NCBI GenBank assembly: GCA_965231095.1
Contig: OZ246416.1
Location: 805,595 to 869,594, forward strand
Direction: 5' to 3'
DNA length: 64,000 bases
Source of the DNA: an uncultured Gammaproteobacteria bacterium
Lineage (GTDB): Bacteria; Patescibacteriota; Patescibacteriia; XYB2-FULL-38-15
A program made the translations under genes and the position numbers. Below are positions 41,240-51,451 of this stretch, piece by piece (the first letter of the stretch is position 1; every line of letters starts with the position of its first letter). Below the pieces are notes generated by a model, which was not told the DNA's origin, did not search any database, and saw only the letters and a program-made list of their open reading frames with translations.

Positions 41240-41250
41240 AAATGTATTAT

Positions 41251-41856
41251 ATGAAATTCATATTGGGTAAAAAATTGGAGATGTCACAGAAATTTAAGGA
41301 AGACGGAACGGTCATCCCCGTGACTTTGATTTCTGCCGGGCCCTGCAAGGTGACTCAAGTAAAAACCACAGAAAAGGATGGAGTAAACGCAGTGCAAATT
41401 GGGTTTGATGTTACCAAAAAATTAAACAAACCTGAAGCCGGGCATCTTAAAGATTTAGAAAGTTTTAGGCATTTAACGGAAGTTGCCGTAGAAAAACCGG
41501 CGGAGTATGCGCGCGGCCAGGAAGTTAAGGTTTCAATTTTAGCGCCGGGCGAAAAAGTTCAAGTTGTCGGTACGTCTCGCGGTATGGGTTTTGCCGGCGT
41601 GGTAAAACGCCATCATTTCCGCGGTCATCCGGCGACTCACGGACACAAAGATCAATTACGTACGTCGGGCTCAATCGGCGCGGGCGGCGTGCAAAGAGTT
41701 TTTAAAGGAATGAGAATGGCCGGGCGGATGGGTGGAGCGCGCGTGACTATTAAAAATTTGGAAGTTGTAGAAATTGATGAACAAAATAATATTTTAGCTC
41801 TTAAGGGCGCGGTTCCGGGAAAAAGGGGAGCGATAGTTTTAATCAGCCAGAAATAA
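41251..41856 (+). CDS. rplC: 50S ribosomal protein uL3
   Basis: GKKLEMSQ, IPVT, GFAGVVKRH, GMRMAGRMG. Confidence 0.97.
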   Translation: MKFILGKKLEMSQKFKEDGTVIPVTLISAGPCKVTQVKTTEKDGVNAVQIGFDVTKKLNKPEAGHLKDLESFRHLTEVAVEKPAEYARGQEVKVSILAPGEKVQVVGTSRGMGFAGVVKRHHFRGHPATHGHKDQLRTSGSIGAGGVQRVFKGMRMAGRMGGARVTIKNLEVVEIDEQNNILALKGAVPGKRGAIVLISQK

Positions 41857-41858
41857 AT

Positions 41859-42491
41859 ATGTTGAAAGCAAAAGTTTACAATATGAGCGGTGAAGTGGTG
41901 GGCGAAGAAAAACTTGATGCCACCTTATTTGAAGTTCCCGCGAAAGAAGGATTAATCCACCAAGCCGTAGTTGCCCAGATGGCAAATCGCCGGCAAGTTT
42001 TGGCTCACACAAAAGATCGTGGCGAAGTGCGCGGCGGCGGCATTAAACCATGGAAACAAAAAGGTACCGGTCGAGCTCGTCAAGGCTCAATCCGTTCTCC
42101 TCTTTGGGTTGGCGGCGGCGTTGTTTTCGGTCCAAGAAATGACAGAAATTTTCATCAAAAAATTAATAAAAAAATGAAGAGAAAAGCCCTGCTTATGTGT
42201 TTGTCTGATCGGGCTCGAGATGAAAGAATTATTCTTCTGGATAAATTGGAATTGGAAAATTTTAAAACTAAAAAGTTCTTGGAAATTTTAAATAAATTAC
42301 CGAATAGAGAAAAAAAGACCCTGCTTGTTTTGGCTGACAATGATAAAAAAATAATTAAATCAGCGGCTAATCTGCCTTACCTAAAAACGATTGAATCGGT
42401 TAATCTCAATGTGATGGATGTATTAAATAATGAATATTTAATGCTGCCGGTCGCCACCCTTAAGGCTGTTGGGGAAAGTTTAAAGAAATAA
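41859..42491 (+). CDS. rplD: 50S ribosomal protein uL4
   Basis: KPWKQKGTGRARQGS. Confidence 0.98.
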   Translation: MLKAKVYNMSGEVVGEEKLDATLFEVPAKEGLIHQAVVAQMANRRQVLAHTKDRGEVRGGGIKPWKQKGTGRARQGSIRSPLWVGGGVVFGPRNDRNFHQKINKKMKRKALLMCLSDRARDERIILLDKLELENFKTKKFLEILNKLPNREKKTLLVLADNDKKIIKSAANLPYLKTIESVNLNVMDVLNNEYLMLPVATLKAVGESLKK

Positions 42492-42497
42492 TCAATT

Positions 42498-42890
42498 ATG
42501 TCGATTTTTTCTAGAACAAAAAAAGAAGAACCAAAAGTTGAAAAAGAAGATAAGAAAGTTATCGTTCCAGAACCGAAAGAAAAGAAGGTGGTTAAAAAGG
42601 AAATGGGAAAAACCCTGGGCGTTCTTGTTAAACCATTGATTACGGAAAAATCATCTTTCCTTTCGCCGTACGGCCAGTATGTTTTTGAAGTTGCTACCAA
42701 AACAAATAAAATTGAAATTGCCAAAGCAATAGAACGGGCATACGGAGTAAAACCGGTTAGCGTGAATATTGTTCGGGTTAGGGGAAAGAATGTCAGATAC
42801 GGAAAAACCATGGGCGTTACGAAAAAATGGAAAAAGGCGATCGTCACCCTGAAACCGGGAGATAAAATTGAGGTTTACGAGGGAGTATAA
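42498..42890 (+). CDS. rplW: 50S ribosomal protein uL23 with N-terminal extension
   Basis: PLITEKS, WKKAIVTL. Confidence 0.96.
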   Translation: MSIFSRTKKEEPKVEKEDKKVIVPEPKEKKVVKKEMGKTLGVLVKPLITEKSSFLSPYGQYVFEVATKTNKIEIAKAIERAYGVKPVSVNIVRVRGKNVRYGKTMGVTKKWKKAIVTLKPGDKIEVYEGV

Positions 42891-42927
42891 GTAAGTTTAT
42901 AAGTTTTAAAGTTTATAAGTTTTTAAA

Positions 42928-43758
42928 ATGCCAATTAAAGTTTACAAACCAACAAGTCCTGGCCGCCGAAGATCATCGGGGGATACTTTTGAAGATATTA
43001 CAAAATTTGAACCGGAAAAATCTTTGATTTGTATTAAGAAGAAAAATTCAGGGCGCAATAATTACGGGAAAATCACGGTTCGCCACCGAGGCGGGGGAAC
43101 GAGAAGATATTTGCGCGAGATAGATTTTATTCGCGGCAAGCTTGATGTCCCGGCAAAAGTTTTAGCGATTGAATACGATCCGAACAGAACTGCCCGCATC
43201 GCCCTCCTACAGGATACCGATGGAGTAAAAAGTTATATTATCGCGCCTCTTGGCCTTGCGGTTGGTGATGAAATTATTTCTTCCAAAAATAAAATTGATG
43301 TTAAAGCGGGAAATCGCATGTCCTTGGAAAATATTCCGATCGGCACGACTGTTCATAACATTGAATTGCAGCCGGGCATGGGCGGAGTGATGGCGAGAAG
43401 CGCGGGAATGGGAGTTCAGCTTTTGGCGGTTGAGGGAGAATATGCGCAACTCAAAATGCCGTCCAAAGAAGTAAGAATTGTTAAAAAAGAATGCATGGCG
43501 ACGGTTGGAGAGGTCGGGGCGAAAGACAGGCGTTTAATCCGCTGGGGTAAAGCCGGAAGAATGAGATACCGAGGTTTTAGGCCAACTGTCCGCGGCAAAG
43601 CCATGAATCCGGTTGATCATCCGCACGGTGGCGGCGAAGGCCTTTCTCCTATTGGTCTAAAATATCCAAAAACCAAATGGGGCAAACATGCCTTGGGCGT
43701 CAAGACAAGAAAAGCGGGCAAGTGGAGTGATAAATTTATATTAAAGAGAAGGAAATAA
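42928..43758 (+). CDS. rplB: 50S ribosomal protein uL2
   Basis: [20 protein letters not shown]. Confidence 0.99.
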   Translation: MPIKVYKPTSPGRRRSSGDTFEDITKFEPEKSLICIKKKNSGRNNYGKITVRHRGGGTRRYLREIDFIRGKLDVPAKVLAIEYDPNRTARIALLQDTDGVKSYIIAPLGLAVGDEIISSKNKIDVKAGNRMSLENIPIGTTVHNIELQPGMGGVMARSAGMGVQLLAVEGEYAQLKMPSKEVRIVKKECMATVGEVGAKDRRLIRWGKAGRMRYRGFRPTVRGKAMNPVDHPHGGGEGLSPIGLKYPKTKWGKHALGVKTRKAGKWSDKFILKRRK

Positions 43759-43764
43759 AATATT

Positions 43765-44103
43765 ATGTCACGTAGCTTAAAAAAGGGTCCGTTTGTAGAT
43801 CCGAAATTACTCGTTAAAGTTTCTAGGTTGAAGCCGAATGATAAAACTATTATCAAAACCTGGTCACGCGCTTCAACAATCACTCCGGAAATGGTTGGGT
43901 TTACGATTGGCGTGTATAACGGGAAAATGCATTTGCCAGTTTTGATTATTGAAGATATGGTTGGACATAAATTGGGTGAGTTTTCTCCCACGAGAAAATT
44001 TACGAGACATGGCGGTAAAATGCAGAAAGAATTAGAATTAAAACAGGCTGAAACAGCGAAAGCTGAATCAACTTCCGCCAAGGCCGAAGCACCTAAAAAA
44101 TAA
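43765..44103 (+). CDS. rpsS: 30S ribosomal protein uS19
   Basis: [21 protein letters not shown]. Confidence 0.98.
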   Translation: MSRSLKKGPFVDPKLLVKVSRLKPNDKTIIKTWSRASTITPEMVGFTIGVYNGKMHLPVLIIEDMVGHKLGEFSPTRKFTRHGGKMQKELELKQAETAKAESTSAKAEAPKK

Positions 44104-44122
44104 AACTGTTTTTTAACGAGGT

Positions 44123-44668
44123 ATGGAAATTAAAGCCCAAGTAAAATTTGTTAGAACATCTCCGCGAAAAACGCGGTGGGTTATTGATGCCGTTCGGGGT
44201 TTGGATGTGCAAAAAGCGATAGATCAGCTTCAATTTATGACCATGGTCGCGGCTCGCCCCGTTTTGAAACTTTTAAATTCGGGAATTGCCAACGCGGTGA
44301 ATAATTTTAAGTTAAAAAAAGAAAATTTATATATTAAATTTATTTCAGTTGATGGCGGACCGGTTTTAAAAAGATGGCGCCCGCGCGCTTTCGGCAGAGC
44401 GGCGCCCATCAGAAAAAGATCGGCACACATTAATTTGGTTTTGGGTGAAAGAGTAGAAAGTGAGCGGCCAAAAGAAGAGAAGGCAGTGATTGAAAAACCA
44501 AAAGTAGTGGAAACATTGAAAACTTTTACAAAAGAAAAATCAAAAGAAGAAGAAAAGACCGACGAGTCGAAAAAACAGGCAGATAAGAGCGCGCCGGTAA
44601 AGGGTGAGATAAAAAAGACCAGAGGTTTTTTAAAAAAGATTTTTCCGCGTAAAACGGGTTCAAAATAA
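44123..44668 (+). CDS. rplV: 50S ribosomal protein uL22 with long C-terminal extension
   Basis: SPRK, RPRAFGRA, ~70-aa tail. Confidence 0.97.
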   Translation: MEIKAQVKFVRTSPRKTRWVIDAVRGLDVQKAIDQLQFMTMVAARPVLKLLNSGIANAVNNFKLKKENLYIKFISVDGGPVLKRWRPRAFGRAAPIRKRSAHINLVLGERVESERPKEEKAVIEKPKVVETLKTFTKEKSKEEEKTDESKKQADKSAPVKGEIKKTRGFLKKIFPRKTGSK

Positions 44669-44717
44669 CAATTAACAATTAACAGTTAATGTTAGACAGT
44701 TAACTGTTTGCAAAGCA

Positions 44718-45359
44718 ATGGGACAGAAAGTGCATCCAAAAATTTTCAGAACAGGGGAAAGCCAAATTTATACTTGGAATTCAAAATGGTTTTCTAAGAA
44801 AGATTACGTCGCCAGATTGCGGCAGGATATTGATATTAGAGATTTTTTAAAAAAGATTCTGAAGGAAGCGGCCGTGGCAAAAATAGAAATTGAAAGAACC
44901 GCCAACGCCGTTACGGTCGTGATTCATTCGGCAAAGCCGGGTTTAATCATTGGCCACGCGGGAACGGGCATTGAGGATTTAAGAAAAAAAATAAAAGAAA
45001 AATTTTTGGATAAGAAAACAACGTTGAATTTGAATGTTCAAGAAGTACAAAATCCTAGCACCTCGGCAGAAGTGGTTTTGCAGACCATGATCGCGGATAT
45101 TGAAAAAAGAATTCCTTTTAGAAGAGTATTGAAGCAGTCCGTTGGAAGAGTTGAACGAGCCGGAGCTAAGGGTGTAAAAGTTGTCGCTTCGGGAAGATTG
45201 GACGGAGCGGAGATCGCGAGAGAAGAGACTCTTTCCTGGGGAAAAATTCCGCTACATACCTTGCGTGCCGATATTGATTACGCGGGCGGAGCGGCCTTTA
45301 CTATTTATGGCGCCGTGGGCATTAAGGTTTGGATTTATAAAGGAGAAGTGTTTAAATAA
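44718..45359 (+). CDS. rpsC: 30S ribosomal protein uS3
   Basis: MGQKVHP, GRLDGAEIAR, PLHTLRADIDY. Confidence 0.98.
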   Translation: MGQKVHPKIFRTGESQIYTWNSKWFSKKDYVARLRQDIDIRDFLKKILKEAAVAKIEIERTANAVTVVIHSAKPGLIIGHAGTGIEDLRKKIKEKFLDKKTTLNLNVQEVQNPSTSAEVVLQTMIADIEKRIPFRRVLKQSVGRVERAGAKGVKVVASGRLDGAEIAREETLSWGKIPLHTLRADIDYAGGAAFTIYGAVGIKVWIYKGEVFK

Positions 45360-45362
45360 AAT

Positions 45363-45773
45363 ATGTTGACGCCGAAAAAAGTAAAACATCGAAAAGCTTT
45401 TAAGGGAAGAAGAAGATCAAAGGGTGTTGCCAGCCGCAAGACTGAAATTAGTTTTGGAAAATTTGGTTTGAAATCGATGGGCTACGCCTGGGTCACCGCA
45501 AGACAAATTGAAGCAGTCAGACGTACTTTGATTCGCGCCCTAAAAAAAGGCGGAAAAATTTGGATTAGATTATTTCCAGATAAACCGGTCACCACAAAAG
45601 GAAACGAAATTCCGATGGGTGGCGGCAAGGGTGCGGTTGATCACTACGTTGTTCCGGTAAAACCCGGCATGGTGCTTTTTGAAATGGATGGCGTAACCTC
45701 TGACGCGGCCAAAGAAGTAATGAGATTGGCCTCGCATAAATTACCGATGAAAACTACTTTTGTTTCAAAATAA
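45363..45773 (+). CDS. rplP: 50S ribosomal protein uL16
   Basis: WIRLFPDKP, MGGGKG. Confidence 0.98.
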   Translation: MLTPKKVKHRKAFKGRRRSKGVASRKTEISFGKFGLKSMGYAWVTARQIEAVRRTLIRALKKGGKIWIRLFPDKPVTTKGNEIPMGGGKGAVDHYVVPVKPGMVLFEMDGVTSDAAKEVMRLASHKLPMKTTFVSK

Positions 45774-45777
45774 TATT

Positions 45778-46008
45778 ATGAAATTTAAAGAATTAAAAAA
45801 TAAAAACGATAAGGAGCTCGGAGCCATGCTTACCAAGGCAAAGGAAGATTTGCAAGAGGTAAAATTTAAGGTGGCCGGGCAGCAATATAAAAACGTCAGG
45901 GAAATCAGAGTTCAAAAACAATTAGTTGCCCACCTCTTAACTTTACAAAAACAGAGGAAGTTGGAAGGCGTAGTTAAAAAAGAAGAACCGGCCGTTTCAA
46001 ACAAATAA
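45778..46008 (+). CDS. rpmC: 50S ribosomal protein uL29
   Basis: Position in operon, helical basic pattern. Confidence 0.88.
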   Translation: MKFKELKNKNDKELGAMLTKAKEDLQEVKFKVAGQQYKNVREIRVQKQLVAHLLTLQKQRKLEGVVKKEEPAVSNK

Positions 46009-46021
46009 TTTTTAAAAAATT

Positions 46022-46264
46022 ATGTCAGAAGAAATAAAAAATAAAAGAAAATTTCAAGGAGTCGTGGTTTCACATAGAATGGAAAAAACCGCCGTGGTTG
46101 AAGTTCAAGAAGTTAAAGTCCATCCCAAATACGGCAAGCGCTACAAGAGAAGCCATAAATACAAAGTTCACGATGAAAAAAACGAATGTAAAATTGGAGA
46201 TAAGGTTAATTTTGAAGAATGTCGGCCGATTTCAAAAGAAAAAAGGTGGAGAATTATTAAATAG
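46022..46264 (+). CDS. rpsQ: 30S ribosomal protein uS17
   Basis: GVVVS, HPKYGK, ECRPISK. Confidence 0.97.
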   Translation: MSEEIKNKRKFQGVVVSHRMEKTAVVEVQEVKVHPKYGKRYKRSHKYKVHDEKNECKIGDKVNFEECRPISKEKRWRIIK

Positions 46265-46287
46265 ATAAAAGTTTAATTTGATTATAT

Positions 46288-46659
46288 ATGATTCAGCACC
46301 GCACAATGTTAACCGTCGCAGACAATACTGGAGCAAAAAAACTCCAGTGCATTAAAGTTCTGGGCGGCTACAAAAAAAGATACGCGCGAATCGCGGATAT
46401 CATTACTTGCGTGGTGAAGGAAGCCGTGCCGCACGGAATGGTTAAAAAAAGCGATGTGGTTCACGCCGTAATTATTAGAATTAGAAAAGAAACACGCCGG
46501 CCAGACGGAACCTATGTCAGATTTGATGACAATGCGGCAGTTATTATTGATAAAAAAAATAAAGAGCCCAAGGGCACGAGAATTTTTGGCCCGGTGGCGA
46601 GAGAACTCCGCGGCAAAGGTTTTATGAAAATTATTTCTTTAGCCCCCGAGGTTTTGTAA
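46288..46659 (+). CDS. rplN: 50S ribosomal protein uL14
   Basis: [21 protein letters not shown]. Confidence 0.98.
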   Translation: MIQHRTMLTVADNTGAKKLQCIKVLGGYKKRYARIADIITCVVKEAVPHGMVKKSDVVHAVIIRIRKETRRPDGTYVRFDDNAAVIIDKKNKEPKGTRIFGPVARELRGKGFMKIISLAPEVL

Positions 46660-46667
46660 ATAAATAT

Positions 46668-46979
46668 ATGAAAATAAAAAAATCAGATAAAGTAAAAATT
46701 ATCGCCGGCAAAGACCGCGGAAAAGAAGGAAAGATTTTAGAAGTTTTTCCGGAAGAAAAAAGGGTTGTGGTTGAGGGCTTGAATTTGGTTGTTAAGCATG
46801 TAAGGCCTCGCCGCGGGGGAGAGAAGGGGCAGCGGATTCAATTTCCGGCGCCGCTTCGCGCTTCAAACGTGATGTTGGTTTGTAATAAATGTAATAAATT
46901 GACAAGAGTTGGATATAAAATTTTAGAAAATGGGAAAAAGGTCAGAATGTGTAAAAAATGCAAAGAAGTAATTGAATAA
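46668..46979 (+). CDS. rplX: 50S ribosomal protein uL24
   Basis: KOW motif [10 protein letters not shown]. Confidence 0.97.
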   Translation: MKIKKSDKVKIIAGKDRGKEGKILEVFPEEKRVVVEGLNLVVKHVRPRRGGEKGQRIQFPAPLRASNVMLVCNKCNKLTRVGYKILENGKKVRMCKKCKEVIE

Positions 46980-46987
46980 TTAAAAGT

Positions 46988-47539
46988 ATGGAAAACGAAT
47001 CAAGAATCAAAACAAAATACACAAAAGAAGTCATTCCGGAAATGAAGAAACTTTTTGGTTATGAAAATAATTTAGCTGTACCAAAAATAGAAAAAATTGT
47101 GGTGGCCGCCGGGTTATCCGCCGGACTGAAAGATGCCAAGTTTTTGGAGATTGTTGAAAATACTTTAAGAAAGATAACCGGGCAAAAGCCAATTAAAACA
47201 TTGGCCAAAAAATCAATTTCTAATTTTAAGATTAGACAGGGAATGCCGGTTGGGATGGTTGTAACTTTGCGAGGAACAAGGATGTACGATTTTATTGATA
47301 AATTAATTAATGTCACTTTCCCTCGAGTCCGTGATTTTCGCGGAATTTCCCAGAAATTTTTAGATAAAGAGGGAAATTTATCAGTTGGTTTTAGGGAAGA
47401 TATCGCTTTTCCGGAAATTAAATCAGAAGAGATCGAAAAAATTCACGGCTTGCAAGTGACGATAAAAACTACCGCGCATAGCAAAGAAAAAGGATTAACT
47501 TTATTAAAATTGATGGGGTTTCCCATACAAGAAGCATAA
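46988..47539 (+). CDS. rplE: 50S ribosomal protein uL5
   Basis: ITGQKP, FKIRQG, PRVRDFRG. Confidence 0.98.
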   Translation: MENESRIKTKYTKEVIPEMKKLFGYENNLAVPKIEKIVVAAGLSAGLKDAKFLEIVENTLRKITGQKPIKTLAKKSISNFKIRQGMPVGMVVTLRGTRMYDFIDKLINVTFPRVRDFRGISQKFLDKEGNLSVGFREDIAFPEIKSEEIEKIHGLQVTIKTTAHSKEKGLTLLKLMGFPIQEA

Positions 47540-47547
47540 GATAAAAT

Positions 47548-47733
47548 ATGGCTACTGAAGCACAAATTTCTAAATCGCTTAAAAAACCCAAATTTAAAAC
47601 TCGCGAAGTGCGGCGATGCTGGCGTTGCGGAAGAAAGAGGGGATATATGAGAAAATTTGAGTTATGCAGAATATGTTTTAGAGAGTTTGCTAATCGAGGA
47701 GAACTTCCGGGCGTAACAAAATCTAGTTGGTAA
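47548..47733 (+). CDS. rpsN: 30S ribosomal protein uS14 (Zn-binding type Z)
   Basis: [21 protein letters not shown]. Confidence 0.97.
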   Translation: MATEAQISKSLKKPKFKTREVRRCWRCGRKRGYMRKFELCRICFREFANRGELPGVTKSSW

Positions 47734-47781
47734 TGATAAGTTAATTATTTAAAAACACAAACTAAACATCGTATCAATACT

Positions 47782-48165
47782 ATGGATCCAATTTCAGACA
47801 TGCTTACCAGAATTAGAAACGCCGTTCTTGTAAAAAAAGACGCGGTGATGATTCCCTTTTCAAGGATTAAGTTTGAAATTGCTAAAATAATGGAAGCAGA
47901 AAAATTTGTTGGTGGTATAGAAGTTTTAGAAAAAGAGAGAAAATTAAAAATTACTTTGAGATATGATGGGGATGGTTCTCCGGCCGTGAGAAATTTGAAA
48001 AGAGTAAGCAAGCCGGGCAAGCGAGTTTATGCCTCCAAGATAGATTTGCCGAAAGTTTTGGGCGGGATTGGCATCGCGATAGTCTCTACCTCGCAGGGGC
48101 TTCTCACTGCCTCTGAGGCGAAAAAAAGAGGATTGGGAGGAGAAGTACTTTGTGAAATTTATTAA
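47782..48165 (+). CDS. rpsH: 30S ribosomal protein uS8
   Basis: DPISDMLTRIRNA, STSQG, GGEVLC. Confidence 0.98.
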   Translation: MDPISDMLTRIRNAVLVKKDAVMIPFSRIKFEIAKIMEAEKFVGGIEVLEKERKLKITLRYDGDGSPAVRNLKRVSKPGKRVYASKIDLPKVLGGIGIAIVSTSQGLLTASEAKKRGLGGEVLCEIY

Positions 48166-48171
48166 AAAATT

Positions 48172-48729
48172 ATGTCAAGAATAGGTAAAAAAATAATTTC
48201 CGTGCCAAAGGGAGTCGAGGTAAAAATCGACCAAGGTTTTGTTTTGGTCAAGGGGCCAAAAGGAGAATTAAAAGAAGCCGTCCACCCGCGAGTCTCAATA
48301 GTTTTGGAAAACAATGAAGTAAAAATAACCGTGAAAGATTCGGAATTAAAATCAGACAAAGCTCTTTGGGGACTTTACGGAAGCATGATAAAAAATATGA
48401 TTGCGGGCGTGACCGTCGGTTTTCTTAAAAAATTAGAAATAAATGGTGTTGGTTATAAAGCGGCCGTTGCCGGTGATAAAATTAATTTGAGTTTAGGTTT
48501 TTCCCATCCCGTTGATTTTTCTCTTCCCGAGGGTATCACGGCGGCGATTGATAAGAATGTTATTTCTGTCAGCGGCATTAATAAACGTTTGGTTGGGGAA
48601 ACGGCGGCTAGACTTCGGGCATTGAAACCCCCGGAACCGTACAAAGGAAAAGGCATAAAATATATTGATGAAGTGATCGTGAAGAAGGCCGGAAAGGCGG
48701 CTAAATCTGCCGGGGCCGGAGCAGCTTAA
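48172..48729 (+). CDS. rplF: 50S ribosomal protein uL6
   Basis: MSRIGK, PPEPYKGKGI. Confidence 0.98.
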   Translation: MSRIGKKIISVPKGVEVKIDQGFVLVKGPKGELKEAVHPRVSIVLENNEVKITVKDSELKSDKALWGLYGSMIKNMIAGVTVGFLKKLEINGVGYKAAVAGDKINLSLGFSHPVDFSLPEGITAAIDKNVISVSGINKRLVGETAARLRALKPPEPYKGKGIKYIDEVIVKKAGKAAKSAGAGAA

Positions 48730-48775
48730 AAACTAGTCCGCCAAGGGCGGAAAAATAGAATTTGAAAAAGACTTT

Positions 48776-49189
48776 ATGAAAAATTTACAGCAAATAAAAG
48801 AAGAAAAAAGAAAAAGACGCCAGGCTCGGGTCAGGGCGAAACTTTTTGGCGACGCAAAAAAGCCAAGACTTGTGGTTAGAAGAAGTGACAAGCATATAAG
48901 CGTCCAATTGATTGATGATGTGGCAGGCAAAACACTTGCCGCGGCTTCCGACTTTTCTTTGGGGAAAAAGACCGTGGGAAAAAATAAAAGAGTTGTTGTG
49001 GCCTCGCCAAAAGATCTGGGCGGGAGAACCAATAAAGCGGCGATTGCTTTTGAGGTGGGAAAAATACTTGCAGAGAAGGCTAAAAAATTGGGGATTGAAG
49101 CAGCGATTTTTGATAGAGGTGGTTTTACTTATCATGGTAGAATAAAGGCAGTAGCTGAAGGCGCAAGAGAGGGTGGAATTAAATTTTAA
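48776..49189 (+). CDS. rplR: 50S ribosomal protein uL18
   Basis: [17 protein letters not shown]. Confidence 0.97.
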   Translation: MKNLQQIKEEKRKRRQARVRAKLFGDAKKPRLVVRRSDKHISVQLIDDVAGKTLAAASDFSLGKKTVGKNKRVVVASPKDLGGRTNKAAIAFEVGKILAEKAKKLGIEAAIFDRGGFTYHGRIKAVAEGAREGGIKF

Positions 49190-49202
49190 TAAAGTTTAAA
49201 AT

Positions 49203-49697
49203 ATGATGCCTAATAAAAGCGGCCAAGGAAGAAGAAGAGAAAGAGAATTTGATAAGGAAAGAGAATTTGAACAAAAAATTCTTGAAATAGCGCGCGTCAC
49301 AAGAGTGACGGCGGGCGGGAAGAGAATGAAATTTCGCGCCTGTGTTATTGTTGGTGATAAAAAGGGCCGCGTAGGGATGTCTGTGGCTAAAGGATCTGAC
49401 GTGACGGCTGCCGTGGCCAAGGCGGGAATCAAGGCCGAGAAAAATTTAGTGGCTGTACCATTAAAGAACGAAACAATTCCTTACGAAATTATAGAAAAAT
49501 TTGGTGCGGCGGTTGTTCTCTTAAAACCGGCGCCGAAAGGTACGGGCGTTAAAGCCGGCGGAGCTATGCGAAGTGTTTTTGAGTTGGCCGGAGTTCCGAA
49601 TGTCGTAGGAAAAATTTTAGGTTCAAAAAATAAAATTAATAACAGCAGAGCGACGATTAATGCTTTGGGCAAGTTGAAATTAAACTTGAGAAAGTAA
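49203..49697 (+). CDS. rpsE: 30S ribosomal protein uS5
   Basis: RVTRVTAGGK, PAPKGTG. Confidence 0.97.
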   Translation: MMPNKSGQGRRREREFDKEREFEQKILEIARVTRVTAGGKRMKFRACVIVGDKKGRVGMSVAKGSDVTAAVAKAGIKAEKNLVAVPLKNETIPYEIIEKFGAAVVLLKPAPKGTGVKAGGAMRSVFELAGVPNVVGKILGSKNKINNSRATINALGKLKLNLRK

Positions 49698-49701
49698 ATT
49701 T

Positions 49702-50139
49702 ATGGCCTTAACATTACATACAATCAAACCGTTTTCCGGATCAAAGAAAAAAGTTAAACGCGTGGGTAGAGGTTTGGGAAGCACGGGCACCTACAGCGGC
49801 CGGGGACAAAAAGGTCAAAAGGCGAGATCGGGCGGAAGAGGGGGCCTGAAACTTTTGGGTATGAGAAGGATTATTATGTCCACCCCGAAGTTGCGTGGTT
49901 TTAAGAGTCCTCATCCCAAAATGGTCGCGGTTAATGTCGGTGATTTGGAGAAAAAATTTAATGACGGGGAGCGCGTTACGCCGAAAACATTGTTAGAAAA
50001 GGGATTAGTTGGTAAAATGAAAGCAATGGTGAAGATTTTGGGTGAAGGAGAATTTAAAAAGAAATTAATTATAGAGGATTGCGCTGTTTCGGCGAGCGCT
50101 AAGGAAAAAATAGAAAAAGCGGGTGGAGCAGTCCGATAA
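49702..50139 (+). CDS. rplO: 50S ribosomal protein uL15
   Basis: RVGRG, GRGQKGQKARSG, AKEKIEKAGG. Confidence 0.97.
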   Translation: MALTLHTIKPFSGSKKKVKRVGRGLGSTGTYSGRGQKGQKARSGGRGGLKLLGMRRIIMSTPKLRGFKSPHPKMVAVNVGDLEKKFNDGERVTPKTLLEKGLVGKMKAMVKILGEGEFKKKLIIEDCAVSASAKEKIEKAGGAVR

Positions 50140-50158
50140 GCCCAATAATTTTTATATT

Positions 50159-51430
50159 ATGTGGCAAAAATTTGTCCAAATTTGGAAAATTCCTGATTTA
50201 AGAAAAAATATTTTTTTTGTCCTTCTGATGTTGGGCATTTTTCGTTTAGCGGCGCATATTCCGGTTCCGGGGGTTAATCTTGAAAATTTAAAAAAATTTT
50301 TTGAATCAAATCAAATTTTGGGATTATTAAATGTTTTTTCCGGCGGGAGCATGGAAAATTTTTCTGTGGTGATGTTGGGGGTGGCTCCTTATATTACGGC
50401 CTCAATTATTTTTCAATTATTGATGATGATTATTCCGCGCCTGGAAGAAATTGGGAAAGAGGAATACGGCCGACAAAAAATAAATCAGTGGACAAGAATT
50501 TTGGCAGTGCCGCTCGCGGCCCTGCAGGCTTATAGTATGATTGCCATGCTTCGCCAATCAGCCAATCCAATTATTACAGACGTTTCTCCTTGGCGGCTTT
50601 TCAGCACAGTGATGACCATTACCGCCGGCACGATTTTTTTGATGTGGATCGGCGAATTAATTTCCGAGAAAAAAATCGGCAATGGCATTTCACTTTTGAT
50701 TTTTGCCGGGATTATTACCGGGTTACCGGCCGCCGTGCAGCAGGCTTTGGTAGTTTTTGACGCTTCCCAAGTTTTTAATTTTATAATCTTCGCGGTCATT
50801 GCCGTTATCACAATTGTCGGAGTAGTAATTATCAGTGAAGGGCAACGGCAAGTTCCGGTTTCTTACGCCAAACAAGTCCGCGGGACAAAAATATATGGCG
50901 GCGCCTCAACTCATCTTCCGCTTCGGGTCAATATGGCGGGCGTGATTCCAATTATTTTTGCCATTTCCATTATTCTTTTCCCGCCGATGATTGCCCAGTT
51001 TTTTGTGCAGGCCAAGTCGGCCTGGATTGCCGGCGCGGCGCAGTGGGTGATAGATATTTTTCGAAATCAATTGGTTTACGGTATCCTTTATTTTATTTTA
51101 GTTTTTGGTTTTACTTATTTTTACACGGCGGTTATTTTCCATCCAAAACAAATCGCGGATAATTTGCAAAAGAATGGCGGGTTTATCCCCGGTATTCGTC
51201 CGGGCGCGCCGACCGCAGAATATCTTGGCGCGACAACTTCAAGAATCATTTTGGCCGGAGCTTTGTTTCTCGCGATTATCGCGGTTTTGCCGATGATTTT
51301 ACAACAAGTCACCGGCGTCCAGGTTTTGCAATTTGGCGGAACAAGTGTTTTGATCGTCGTTTCGGTTGTACTTGAAACAATCAGACAAATTGATTCACAA
51401 CTCACGATGCGCGCGTACGACGGATTGTAA
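50159..51430 (+). CDS. secY: Preprotein translocase SecY
   Basis: HIPVPG, LGVAPYITASII, GNGISLLIF, GGFIPGIRPG. Confidence 0.98.
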   Translation: MWQKFVQIWKIPDLRKNIFFVLLMLGIFRLAAHIPVPGVNLENLKKFFESNQILGLLNVFSGGSMENFSVVMLGVAPYITASIIFQLLMMIIPRLEEIGKEEYGRQKINQWTRILAVPLAALQAYSMIAMLRQSANPIITDVSPWRLFSTVMTITAGTIFLMWIGELISEKKIGNGISLLIFAGIITGLPAAVQQALVVFDASQVFNFIIFAVIAVITIVGVVIISEGQRQVPVSYAKQVRGTKIYGGASTHLPLRVNMAGVIPIIFAISIILFPPMIAQFFVQAKSAWIAGAAQWVIDIFRNQLVYGILYFILVFGFTYFYTAVIFHPKQIADNLQKNGGFIPGIRPGAPTAEYLGATTSRIILAGALFLAIIAVLPMILQQVTGVQVLQFGGTSVLIVVSVVLETIRQIDSQLTMRAYDGL

Positions 51431-51451
51431 TCTAGAATTAAAAATTAGAAT

